From the NCBI GenBank assembly GCA_002256025.1, contig NKIB01014238.1, positions 1-45,622 of the forward strand: a stretch of 45,622 nucleotides of DNA, written 5' to 3'. The stretch is from Asterionella formosa. Its lineage: Eukaryota. Below the pieces are notes generated by a model, which saw nothing but the letters and a program-made list of their open reading frames with translations, ran no database searches and was not told the DNA's origin. The position numbers and the translations under genes are program-made. Each line of letters opens with the position of its first letter. Within the stretch, counting starts at the first letter, position 1. Of this stretch, positions 10,479 through 21,773 are shown piece by piece.

Positions 10479-12590
10479 AAGTGCAGTACATACATCATTC
10501 TTTTATCACCTTCTACTTGCATGTGCTCGAAGAGAAATGAAAAAGTAGTTTTTGTCAATTTCCTTGACAAAGAAGATGAAGCATGCACATGGTATTGATC
10601 AGAAAAGTCAAATAGCTACATGAAACAATGGTTGTAGGTGCATTTCAACTTATGCTGCATGATCATCTGGTGAGAGTATCTTACCTTTCAGCGCCATTTG
10701 TGCATGGCTAAAATTATCTTGGATCGTTGCAAATAGAGGATTAAGGTATGCTTGTACTAGTCACATTTTGAATCAGAAGTGCCCTTACTCTTAAATAATT
10801 TCCTGGCTTCTGTAGTCAATCTCATATCTATCCTTTACATTAAACTACTAGCTAGCAGAATATTGACTTCTACATAAAATTTAAAAATCTAAAATTTGGT
10901 AATGTGCTAGGTAATGAATTTCAAACCTTAGGCTTATCTTCAGCGAACATACTGGCCTCATCATTACCTTCTCCTCCAGCACCACTATCATTCCATTTGA
11001 CAAAGGGCGCCCAGGCTTGAACTCTCGCTTCCCTTTTTATCACGAGGATGGAACACAGTCCCATTCTTGCTGGGGCAAGGTTAACGTAATGTCATTTTGA
11101 CTGGAGAGTGAAGTTAAAGTTCACCAGCTGCTCCTAACTCCTTATGATAAATAGATCAGCAACAATATAATAGAAGGCAAGAATCAGCAATTGCTACTAA
11201 TACTACTAAATAATGATTAAATTTTTGGGGGTGTCCAGAATCATATTTGACTAGTCTAATCAATTGAAAAACTCCCACTTTCCTGAATATTGTAACTCAT
11301 CTGGCTATGGTGCACTTCCAAATATGACAGATAGCACTAGCAGATGGCCCAACTCATCCAAGCTTTCTGGAGGTGCTGGGCATGACTCTGACTCCATCAG
11401 TAAGATCATTGCCATCAGTGTTCCATTTAAGGTTATGCAATGAATATTCAATGACCAATCAAAGATATTCTATCAACAATGCATGTTGTGGCTGGTTACA
11501 ATTGTTGACAAACAACTCGAACATTTCTAGGTAAATATAATTGTGAGGTCATCTGCCGTCTATCATGCACACAAAGTCAACGTTGCAGGTTTTCTATCAT
11601 ATACACGTCTGTCGGAAGTCAGTCAGGGATGTGGAATTATTACTCTAGGATAGTAATTACTAAATATCTCATCGTTGCGATTCTCGTCGTCATTTACACA
11701 ACCATGTGTCCACATATACGACAAGCACAGCACCAGGCACAAGGTACATAATACTCACGAGGTTCCTGGTACCACTTTTATGGAGATTTTTTCATAACAA
11801 TACGCAGAAAGGATGAGAGTTAGCTTGGCAGTCCGATGCCTGATGCTGCGACTCCTCTGGTTGGCTGCGGATAAGAACTGAGTACATACCGGTACATTTA
11901 TGCTGTGACATTGTGGCGGCAAATCATTCTCGTAGCTATCCGTGCAATATGTAGGACAGTTTTGAACTAACTCAAGTACTTGTTACCACGAAGGTAATAA
12001 GTACCAGTACCGTGTGTACAGTCGGTGCGTTTGTTGATCACTAAGGATTCATGGTGACGTCAAGGAACGAAAGGTTTGAATTATTACTTCCACTTGCATT
12101 TCTTCCCTCACGATTTGGGAAGTTCGTCCTAAATTGTTCTCGTTTAGTACCGGTGTTACGATAGTCTTCATTTTTTCAGTGAACTGGTAACAGCGTTGCG
12201 CATTACTCCGAACCGCCGCGACAAGAGTAAATCCGAAAAAGAGTACCGTACATCTGGTCCTCGAGTACGGTACCAGGTACTACCTGCTACCTGGTCGAGT
12301 AAGTGTACCGGTATCTGTATTTATGCTTCCTGGTAACCGGTAGCTCTGATCAAACCAAAAAAGGCTGGTGTGGCAACAATCGAAGAAACATACCGGGGTA
12401 CCGGTAGGCTTGTTGAATGTTCCGGTAGACTATGTAGGAATTTACTGGGTACTCAGGTGGTCATGTCTCGAATGATCACCACGTATGTTAATGCGATTCC
12501 GTGTTAACAAGAGATTATTTAAGTGCACGATTGCTTACTTTATTCACATACGTTGCTCATTCTCGTCTACGTCGATTGAACCTCAACACC

Positions 12591-13481
12591 ATGTTCTCCT
12601 CCGTTGCGCGTCGTACCCTTGTTGTGAACAAGGCCTTCCTCCGCCCATGCGTGCGGTCCTCTTCCTCCTTGAGTGCTCCTCCATCGAACAACAAGTCAAG
12701 CAAGAGGGAAATTCATAACACTCCTCGAAACGAAGCCGATCTGAGCAGCGCTGCCGTTGACACTCTTGCTGCAACCAAGGCCACGTCGTCGATCGTTGAT
12801 CGATTCACGGTGACGGCAGAGGTTACCATTAGCAAAATTTTCCCAGCTGGCTTTGGATGGCAAACATCGTCTATCGTGGCATGCAACTACTATGGCTTTT
12901 CCACCGATTCGTTGAATTTTGCCTTAACAACCGGTGTCGGCGACGCCATTGGTGTCTTTTGCGGCCACGTCTTGTACTATGGCGTGAAGAAGGGCGTGTT
13001 TGATGACTCCATTGACATGAAGAAGGAAGGGCAGACTGGGTTCTTCCTCGGGTCTGCTGCCTTTTGTTCTGGAACTGCCTGGCAGCCCATTGTCAATGCT
13101 CTGCAAGGAGCCAACCTGCCCTTTTCTCAAGTCTTTCTCGGCACCTGGCTTGGATGTGGAGCCGCTTTTTATGTTGGTCTCCGCCTTGGCCGTACCATTC
13201 TCAGTGGGTACATGGAGCACATTGCGGAACCCACGTACGAGAATTCCCTCAACGACAAGGCCTTGTCTGCTGCCGTTGGCGGAGCGACTGGATTTTTCGT
13301 CGGGACGGATGCTGCCTACCTTCCTGATCAAAACTTCTTGATTGACTACGTCGGTATTCAGCCTGGTACGACCGACCTTATGGGGTGTGCTATTGCCGGC
13401 ACATCGACAGGAATGGGCTTTGTCGCGGCTCAGACCACCATGAATCTTGTGTACCCTGCCGGGAAATGCTGGAATGATTGA
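12591..13481 (+). CDS. Uncharacterised multi-pass membrane protein with mitochondrial-type presequence
   Basis: R/S-rich, acid-free N-terminus (MFSSVARRTLVVNKAFLRPCVRSSSS) followed by several G/A-rich hydrophobic helices. GC-rich codon usage and an ACC ATG start context. Confidence 0.8.
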   Translation: MFSSVARRTLVVNKAFLRPCVRSSSSLSAPPSNNKSSKREIHNTPRNEADLSSAAVDTLAATKATSSIVDRFTVTAEVTISKIFPAGFGWQTSSIVACNYYGFSTDSLNFALTTGVGDAIGVFCGHVLYYGVKKGVFDDSIDMKKEGQTGFFLGSAAFCSGTAWQPIVNALQGANLPFSQVFLGTWLGCGAAFYVGLRLGRTILSGYMEHIAEPTYENSLNDKALSAAVGGATGFFVGTDAAYLPDQNFLIDYVGIQPGTTDLMGCAIAGTSTGMGFVAAQTTMNLVYPAGKCWND

Positions 13482-14023
13482 TCCCCCAACTACCACAATT
13501 TTGATGAACGCAAGGCGAGTTTTGGAACATGAAAGGCCATGATGTGCAATCGCGCGAAGTTTTTAGCCTACATTTTTAATTTTTTGCATGTATATACTTT
13601 AACAATGGAATGAGTCGAGGTTAAGGAGGAAAAGGAAAGAAATATTAATACCAATACGAAACATTTACTTTAGGGCTTGATCATTAGAATGGATCGCTCC
13701 CCTATTAACAGTTGTTTTTGTGGTTGAGATTTTATTCGCAATGGGGTCTGTCTTCTTGAGTGGAATTATTGTTTGTTCACCTCACTGAGAGTGATTTTGA
13801 TATGCTTTGGTTTAGTTGACTGGCCTTTCTTGATCAGTTACCTTCTCTGGGAGCAAGAAAAACTATGCAAGTAGACTACCAGTATATTTGCTGAGCGCTC
13901 ATGACGAAAAACTGACGTGTTAAGCTAGCACATTCTAATTTCTCAAGAGTCTTGTTGATTGCTATGATATCAAAAAACAAAATATGTTCCCATGTCTAAA
14001 CAACCAATTGCTTGTCATCTCTA

Positions 14024-14662
14024 CTACTTATAAAATCCCAGAACGTGAGATATATTATTTGCTTGGTCCTTTGGATCGATTTCCTTTACTGACGGTGATG
14101 TGATCTCCTGTTGATGCTTGATGTTGCCTGATGACGTAATATTCGTTTCCACCCCATACAACTGCTCGAGAATGGCAGTCGCAATGGCCACTGAGGCTTC
14201 GTCTGGTAGATTTAAATCGGCGACCATCTGATTCGCGAAAGTAATGGGAGATAGATCTACGGAAGTATCCCAGTCGAAGGAATCTTGTATAAGAACACCA
14301 TGAGTATTTATAAAAAGATGAATCGTTCGCTTCGTTGGTTGTATCAGTACTACAGGTAGATGCTTCATGTCTTGCAAAACTTTGTACAATTGTGGTCTCA
14401 ATTGATCTATCAGTGAATCACGCAATGACTGTTGAAATAAATCAACCCGTCCTGTAAAATGCCGAATGGTTCGTCCCATTCCAATAACTTCTGCATCAGA
14501 AAGGATGTTGTTGGCCAACTCCAGAGCGTTTTCTTCGACAGCATCACGAACAGGTGACGTTAGTGGAATGGGCCAACATGATGGATCCAAAAGTATCGTG
14601 TCGACGATACGAATGCCAGTGTTTGATGAAACGTCCACGCGAAGTGGAACGAGTGTTGTCAT
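14024..14662 (-). CDS. Short SNF5/SMARCB1-domain protein
   Basis: LVPLRVDV..IVDTILLD and IQDSFDWD..SPITFANQMVADLNLP..AIATAILEQL match the SNF5 repeat pattern. ATG taken at 14662. Confidence 0.75.
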   Translation of the reverse strand: MTTLVPLRVDVSSNTGIRIVDTILLDPSCWPIPLTSPVRDAVEENALELANNILSDAEVIGMGRTIRHFTGRVDLFQQSLRDSLIDQLRPQLYKVLQDMKHLPVVLIQPTKRTIHLFINTHGVLIQDSFDWDTSVDLSPITFANQMVADLNLPDEASVAIATAILEQLYGVETNITSSGNIKHQQEITSPSVKEIDPKDQANNISHVLGFYK

Positions 14663-14848
14663 GATGATGCTATGACGTTGCTTGTTTTGAGTGAGGGATA
14701 CGCACAAAATAGTTACTTCTCCCCTCCCTTTTATAATTTTTTCTTGTAGCAACCCATTTCCTTTTCAGCTGCGACGTGGTATATATGTATATGTATTTTC
14801 TACGAAGACAATTGTTCTGCTTTTGATTTGCTGTCTCGCTCCGATTAC

Positions 14849-15135
14849 AGGTACCTGGTACCTACCTGATAGTACAGGCAGTCTTTATGTGTCTTTCCAT
14901 GAGTACCAGGTACCTGGTACCAGGTACCAGGGGGTACCGGTATCTGATACCGATACTCGGAGCCTCGGAGTCCACGGTACCTGGTACCAGGTACCAGGTT
15001 CCCTGGAAACTGGTATGTACCGGTAGTCTACCCAGCTACGCGAATGCTCTACTGGTACTAGGTGCTGGGGTATAGATGCGCGTGTGCGTGTGCGTGCGTA
15101 GAAAGCCCGCTCAATGCATGATACCGGTATACCGG
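14849..15135. repeat. Dense cluster of GGTACC / TACCWGGTA / TACCGGTA micro-palindromes plus a (GCGTGT)n run
   Basis: Examples: gtaccaggtacctggtaccaggtaccagggggtaccggta and ggtacctggtaccaggtaccaggt. Confidence 0.85.
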
Positions 15136-15211
15136 AATGTAAACGAGTCCTATGGCTGGGTGCAAATTTTGAGGACATCGGGTGGGCTCATGTAAACCTA
15201 GTACAACAGAT

Positions 15212-16114
15212 AATCCTAACCCTTCTAAGGAATTACGGGTTATTGCATATGTTGATAGTGACTGGGCCACTAATAAGGTAATACGGGTTTTCTGGTTACC
15301 ATTGGTGGTGCGTTGATCAGTTGGCAATCAAAGGGCCAGCCATCTGTTACACTTTCAAGCACAGAAGCAGAATACGTTGCGATGTCGCAATGTGCTCAAG
15401 AGATCAAATTTATTGCAATGTTACTCAATGAAATGACAGGTGGTAAAAATATCCTACCAAGCATTTTACGTGAGGATAATACAGTTGCAATATTCACAGC
15501 AAAGAATCAACAACTTGAAACAAGAACAAAACACATTGATATTAAGTTTCATCATGTCAAGAACATGATAGTAGATGAGGGTGAGTTGCATATTGTTTTT
15601 CTAAGATCAGAAAACAATTCAGCAGACATTTTGACAAAGAATGTCAAAGAGCAGATTTTTACAAGGTTATCTGGACCTGTACTGAGTGGTACAATTTTAG
15701 AACTTCTTGAACATGGTAATGAGGAGGATGTCAAGAATATAGCATCAATGGCTATAATGAGTCACAAGGACTGTGGACTCGACTATGGTCCAATGAGTCA
15801 AATGGTGCGTTCCCATGTCAAGAAGCTTGGTAATGAGATTGATGTCTTAGATCAATCAGAAGAAGGTTTACATCAACGAAAAGGGAACACGAAGAACAGG
15901 TTCTCGAAGTGTGATGAATGGGATTGAAACTTAGTTTTTAGTTTAAGCTTATAATGAAGAAACAGTGAGAATTGACAGAGTAAGGTCAATAGCGAAAACT
16001 AGCACGAAGGCTAGCAGCAGAAAGAAGATAACAATACTACCGGTAGTGGTATAACAGGTAAGTTCTACGTAAGAGGAACCCGTCAGACGGGAAGGAGTAC
16101 GAGACCTTTCAACA
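15212..16114 (+). mobile_element. 3' remnant of a Ty1/Copia LTR retrotransposon (RNase H, PPT and 3' LTR 15729-16114)
   Basis: LRVIAYVDSDWATNK, then a deletion/frameshift, then ISWQSKGQPSVTLSSTEAEY..EDN..RTKHIDIKFH..SENNSADILTKN. Purine tract GAGGAGGA (15721-15728) is followed directly by TGTCAAG. Candidate LTR end TTCAACA at 16114. Confidence 0.88.
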
Positions 16115-16218
16115 GTGGGGGAGGGCACCTACAAACTGCACAGCCTACATGAGCTTTTGCATCAACCATGCAAGAGCACTTGCTTAAGGCCGATATCATT
16201 AATTTTTTTGTCACCACC

Positions 16219-17112
16219 ATGGTCTTCCTGAAGCGACTGGAACCGCTGCATCTTTCACTACTACTGCTATTCCTTTCAAGCTTCTACCATACTACAGAGT
16301 CTCTACCTTACTATCTCGTGAAGTCAGGAAAGGGAAAGTGTTTTACGGTCATCGTGCCGCAGGGTACAAAGATTATCGTGGAATATGAAGCACCAGGTAA
16401 GATATGTACATGGGTGCTATGCTTACTGAAAGAACATTTCGAGCAATTGGCACTGTTCGTTGATGACATCTTTTTGTAATGATGACCAACAATTGATTAT
16501 TTTATTTCCTTATTGATAGACATTGTGATTGACAAGAATGAAAAAGCATATGCTCCCAGTTGGATTACGATCAATTCCCTACCAGCGAAAATGAAGCCGG
16601 CGGATTACAAAATCAATCCCAAAGAATGGAAAAAGCCATTCCTATCTGAAAAAAAGTCAAGAAATCCTTTAAAGCCCACATCTGTAGAGTTACAGAAGAA
16701 GAAGGGATCAGTGGAACACACCGTGCAAACCAGTGGAGAAGTGCAGGTATGTTTCCGAGCCAGTGGGGCGAATTCACAAAATCCAATGCGCTTTGGTTTG
16801 AGAGTAGAAAAGGAGGACGAGGTGCATGCTCACTACGAAGGATTGCTGAATAAGGCTGCAAATGCGAGTGCTGCAGATCATCATCTGACGCATATGGAAG
16901 TTGAAATGAAACACCTAATTGTGAGCATGAAGAATATCTTATCAGAAGCAGATTTTGGCAAAGATCGAGAGATGGCGTTCCACGAAAAGACCTTGAGTAT
17001 GCATGCAGCCAGTATGTGGTGGCCGATTGTGCAGATCTCGGTGTTGTTGCTGACAGGGTTTACGCAAGTCAACCATATGGTCCGGTTCTTCCAACGAAGG
17101 CGGATTTTTTAG
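16219..17112 (+). CDS. emp24/gp25L/p24 (TMED) GOLD-domain cargo receptor; exons 16219-16396 and 16520-17112
   Basis: Signal peptide, GKCFTV, GEVQVCF, coiled coil EADFGKDREMAFH, TM WWPIVQISVLLLTGFTQVNHM and FF tail. The GTAAGA..TAG intron (16397-16519) joins the frames as EYEAPDIVID. Confidence 0.92.
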
Positions 17113-17250
17113 GGGACACTTTGGGTTTGCTATGTAGGTAATGTGTGTATACAACACATTTTAGCTTGAGTAAGCATTCTTCGTCGATATATAGCTATAT
17201 CAAGCTTCGTTTTACGTAATATCCAGTATAAGGAACTTCTGGGCAATGAA

Positions 17251-18315
17251 TTATCTATTTAGAACGGTATTGAATGAAATCCCATTTATTTCATTCACCA
17301 CTTCTTGTGTCTCTGGAATACTTTCAATTTTGTAATGAGTCGACGTCTTGCCTCGGCGTGCATTCGTTGGTGTCACGCGGCATGTCACCATTCCAAGATC
17401 TGTCGCGGCTAGGATATAATCGTCTCGATCCGACACCAACATGACATTTATAGGATCTATACTCAATTGTTCCAAAACGCCTGTCAACACAACATGCCCA
17501 TCTTTTCCTTCCTTGACCAATACATCAAAATTGACGGACGGAAGTTGCTTGGTAAACTGTTGCATTCGGATTACTTCACCTTCACTATCAACATTATCTG
17601 GTTTTGGTAAGAGAACAACGTGTATACCTCGATTCGATAAAAGTTGTAACATGCTTCCGGTTCCCGTCATGGACATCCATCGAGTTGCTGTTGATCCTTG
17701 CTTCACAGCAATTTTCCTAGCGGCCAAGTGACTTGAAGCATCGCCCTTGGAATCGGCAAGTTCAGTCTTGGCATTGTCTACACCCAAGAGACCACCATCA
17801 AGACGAGATCTCAACTTGTCAGCATATTTACTTCGAACGTCGGAAAATGGTAGTGATGCAGGCGGTTTATCTGGTTGGGGTGTTGAATTTTGCAGGATTG
17901 CAGACATGTCATCATCAACTCTTGTCTCTTTTAAATCCCGTTTGGATATGTCATCTCCACCCAGTTGCACTTTCAATAAACTAGCAAATTGTTGAACCAC
18001 TCCAGCATCTGGTAGCACCACCTGATCAATACTACTTAGTGGTTTGTTGTTTTCCTCTTTCGCCAACAACAACAACGCTGCTGCTTCTTTTTCTGCTTCT
18101 GCAACACTTTTAGTTAAAAGGTCAAAATCAAAGCAAACGGCACGGACCTTACAATTCTTGTTCGTATTTTTGATTGGTGGTATTTTGATATTGTGAGACC
18201 CAGGTGCTCCACCCATGTCAAGTATACCTCGGTAAGAACTTAACGTGCGAATACTATTACGGGTTGCAGTCACGGTCCAATGTGTTGCGACTAACACAAT
18301 ACGGCTCATCGTCAT
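17251..18315 (-). CDS. HAD-like fold protein, possible mitochondrial presequence
   Basis: VRAVCFDFDLLT (motif I-like DxD) and NVMLVSDRDDYILAATDLGMVTCRV (motif IV-like). Confidence 0.7.
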   Translation of the reverse strand: MTMSRIVLVATHWTVTATRNSIRTLSSYRGILDMGGAPGSHNIKIPPIKNTNKNCKVRAVCFDFDLLTKSVAEAEKEAAALLLLAKEENNKPLSSIDQVVLPDAGVVQQFASLLKVQLGGDDISKRDLKETRVDDDMSAILQNSTPQPDKPPASLPFSDVRSKYADKLRSRLDGGLLGVDNAKTELADSKGDASSHLAARKIAVKQGSTATRWMSMTGTGSMLQLLSNRGIHVVLLPKPDNVDSEGEVIRMQQFTKQLPSVNFDVLVKEGKDGHVVLTGVLEQLSIDPINVMLVSDRDDYILAATDLGMVTCRVTPTNARRGKTSTHYKIESIPETQEVVNEINGISFNTVLNR

Positions 18316-18947
18316 AGTTTAATCTCTCTTTGAATGAAAACAGTCCTGCATACGCCGTAACTCTGTTGTATCTATTAGTATGTATAGCGACGACGACAAC
18401 AACAAAAGGAAAAAGCAGGAGATCGCGAGGAAGCAAACCAGGACATGTAGAAACTACCGGTATACCGGTACCAGTTACCAGTAGTTTGGATTGTGTATTT
18501 ATGCGGTTTTTTGCTTTACCAGGAACTCCGGTGCCTGGTAACGTACCGGTAGTCTAGGTATCACCCGCTATCTGAAACTATTTCTGCACTGCCTATAAAT
18601 GCCACCGTAACCAGTTGTTTCACAGGTTGTAATCTAGCTACCGGTACATCATGACAAGCATAATAAAACATATCTTGGAACAAGCCGAGATCGATTTAAC
18701 AAACAAAATTTTTATCTTTTCGTCAAGGTAGAATTATTGTCATACGGACATGGACCGTGGTGTTTGTCACCACTCCCATGACATACCGGTACGTCTAGTT
18801 TGATTATATGTTTATATCGGTATGATACATGCATAAATATAGCAGATGGACGATCAAACAATGTCCACTGTTGTATGACTTTGCTACTTTGTATTGTAGT
18901 ATACTTCTAAAAATTATTCCCCTTTTGTTGACTTTCTATGTTACAGC

Positions 18948-19604
18948 TTATTTATTGACAGCCTTATTTCTCAAACTGCGTTTCGTTAAGAATTTCCCCC
19001 AAATAGCAGGAGTTTTGTTTCGTTGGGGTTTGGGACCATTCGTCCACGCTGTTGTAAGATGCATCGACCTCTGGAAACGATTTTTGTTTCTCTGTTTTCC
19101 ACCATGAAAGGCGTTGACCATCAAAGCCAGTCCCTTCTTGGCAGTAGATTGAGCTCGCCGACGGCGCAGCGGGCTAATGGTCCATTGTCCCACACCAAAA
19201 AGAGCATTCAGAATTTCAGAATCATCGGATTCAGCAAATCGTACAACTCGCTTCTTGATTTCTGGCGGTTCCGGTTCGAATTTGAATTCAGTTGATTTCT
19301 GGATATTGATGTCCTTTCTTGCAGGATGACGACTCGGAGGTTTTACCATTACATGTAACATAATCCCAAAAACCAAGAATATGGGAATGGCGACAATTAA
19401 GTAGAGAACAATAATGTCTTCTAATCTGACTCCGCATATGTGAAGTGCCAAGCAAGCCAGAATGATCAGATCTTTCGCGAGCTGGGTAGGGGAGTGATCT
19501 GGAAGGAAGGACATTCTGATGAAGTGAGATTCAACTTTCTGTTTTGTTTCGAGACCGAGTATATTTATGAGCCAAACGAGGCTATCTCGGATGTGAACTT
19601 CCAT
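18948..19604 (-). CDS. Hypothetical protein with two hydrophobic segments and a basic tail
   Basis: 218-aa ORF with TM-like stretches and KKRVVRF. No family recognised. Confidence 0.5.
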   Translation of the reverse strand: MEVHIRDSLVWLINILGLETKQKVESHFIRMSFLPDHSPTQLAKDLIILACLALHICGVRLEDIIVLYLIVAIPIFLVFGIMLHVMVKPPSRHPARKDINIQKSTEFKFEPEPPEIKKRVVRFAESDDSEILNALFGVGQWTISPLRRRRAQSTAKKGLALMVNAFHGGKQRNKNRFQRSMHLTTAWTNGPKPQRNKTPAIWGKFLTKRSLRNKAVNK

Positions 19605-20598
19605 CGGTGTAATAAGTTAATTTGACAGATTACATGCCCCACGATCACGGAACGAAGTGCTTTAGATCGAGTCTCAACAGTCCAATCAAGTCTGGTGATG
19701 TGTGTTCTTTCGCTCGCCAGGTTGAAATTATACCTCTTTGCTTTTCTGGCGAACCATTACTGGTATCTTGGAGTACGAACTAATACACGACTCGAGCTAC
19801 TTGTTAGGAATCGTTGGAAGAATGCATGTAATGCCGTGGATGGGTTATTCCTACCACCACAGCTTACATGATGCAAGAATATCCATCCCTGTAATTCCAT
19901 TCGTAGAAGCCAATGCAACCGCCATATTTAGTCCTTTCTATATGGAGCATACCACGCACTACTAGCGAATCTGAATATTTCTTGCGACGACTAAATATAG
20001 ATACGGGTACCGGTAGATCCATTTGCTTCATCATTTCTACATGACCGATGCTTTGGGTAGGCACGACTACCGGTATATAACAGTTACCCTAGCTACAGTG
20101 CCACCAATCAGATTGATTGGCTAACAGCTACTACAGGTAACAACTATCTACTTCGAGTACCGGTAGTCTAACACGTTTGATAAAATAACATACAGCATAA
20201 GGTACCTGACGGAGACTGTACACGAATAAATACCGTTATATGGGCGTTCGTGGTCGTATCCGACAGCAGAGAGTATAATACAGTGTATTACTCCTCTCAT
20301 GCATAGTACCTGGTATTATACTGGTGTACAGCATACACTTCACTTCTGCGTCCCTGGTGTGGTCAAGGAGTACCAGGTATTGTACCTACAAAACCGGTAC
20401 CGGTACCTGGTACCTGCCGTCCATGAACGGTATAGGCAGTACCTTGTACCTGGTACCCTGGTACCGGTAATTTAAAAGTGGGTCAGCAATCTTGAACACT
20501 CAACGTTACTACCTGTTTACTGTAGATGGAATTGACTTCTTAATGTATATGAGCTAAAGTATATGAGCTAAAATAATTGTAAGCTTGTTACTCATTTC

Positions 20599-21261
20599 TT
20601 ATGCTGTTGGTGCTGCCTTCTGATTAATTGCGGAAATACGCTTAGTCAGTTTTTCTGTTGTCAATGAAAGGTTCTTGGAATCATCGCAAAGGTCAACCCC
20701 TAAAATATAGAGTTCTAACGGATGAATTTTCGTTAGGCAATTACTTGATGCTGGGCTTTTTCGATACCCCTTCGACCTTTTCGACCAACTCGCTTGTCGA
20801 GTACAGCGAAACATTCGGCTGACTTGCTGACCAGCAACTTCCCTTGAAATTTCTTCGGCGTCGATGTTTGCTTGATTACGAGACCACTCGGAACAAGCCA
20901 TAGAGATCTGTCTCAAACCGATGGGGTCATCCTTATTGATCATTCTTTGTTTCTCCTGTTCTTCTAGCACTGCAGTCGCATGACGAGTTCGATTTTCAAG
21001 GCTGTATTCGTGCATGAACCTTTCCAGACCTCTCAAAGTCATTTCGTCTTCCTCAAGTCTGCTTGCATCTCCTTTGACCCTTCGTAGCGCCCTTAATGTT
21101 GCTCTTATTTCTCTTTCGAATGAAGCATAATCTGCAGGTCGGTACCAATAGATTGGTTTCTCCAGAGGTGTTGTCTCATCAAGAACAATCAGTTGAGGTT
21201 CATTCAAAGTGAAGCGTACATTCTTTTTCACTGAAGGCTTGGTTTCTTGCTCGAAAGTCAT
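20599..21261 (-). CDS. Hypothetical protein of the 'VRF...WY...RGLE' type
   Basis: KKNVRF, YWYRPADYASF, TLRGLE, AVLEEQEKQR and SEWSRNQA form a motif series I recall from an expanded diatom family of unknown function. Confidence 0.7.
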   Translation of the reverse strand: MTFEQETKPSVKKNVRFTLNEPQLIVLDETTPLEKPIYWYRPADYASFEREIRATLRALRRVKGDASRLEEDEMTLRGLERFMHEYSLENRTRHATAVLEEQEKQRMINKDDPIGLRQISMACSEWSRNQANIDAEEISREVAGQQVSRMFRCTRQASWSKRSKGYRKSPASSNCLTKIHPLELYILGVDLCDDSKNLSLTTEKLTKRISAINQKAAPTA

Positions 21262-21773
21262 GGAGTAATTGTGTTTTGTTTGTGTGCAATGTGGGAATTA
21301 CCAGAGTTATTTGAATTTATGAGTGAAACAATGTTTCTTTGATTTGTTTGTGAGCGAGGTTCTTGCCAGGTCAGTTTGTTACCCACGATCGACTGGAGCG
21401 ATGCTCATTCTTGGGCGGTGTGAACAAGATGCTCCGCCCTCTGCGCGTACTAGTAGTATTCTACCTGTACATAATCTATCTACCGGTACTGGTATTTCTT
21501 CCTTCTTGTTTGACGGTACTGGTACACTTGTAATAGGACAAAGAACACCGGTAAACATGTGTGTATACGGTACCAGGTACTACCGGTACCGGTATGTAGT
21601 TTACCAGTACCAGGTACCTACTACCGGTAGATGTACCGGTTTGACATATAAAATGACTTCTTCTATTCATACATACGGGATTGGTATCGTCCATGCAGAC
21701 ACGACTGATGCTTTGGGTAGGCACAACTACATAGATAACGGTTACAGATGTCATGCCACAGGAAGGGTCAGTG

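Noticed and set aside
12924..13496. 190-aa antisense ORF, and other antisense ORFs inside long CDSs
   Set aside because: Shadow frames of real genes with no recognisable motifs.
14691..15178. Overlapping short ORFs rich in VPGT/YQVP
   Set aside because: Translation artefacts of the GGTACC palindrome cluster. The same applies at 21323-21778 and 18330-18557.
15730..15927. C-terminal extension of the Copia ORF as an extra domain
   Set aside because: It is read-through into the 3' LTR after the PPT-encoded EEDVK.
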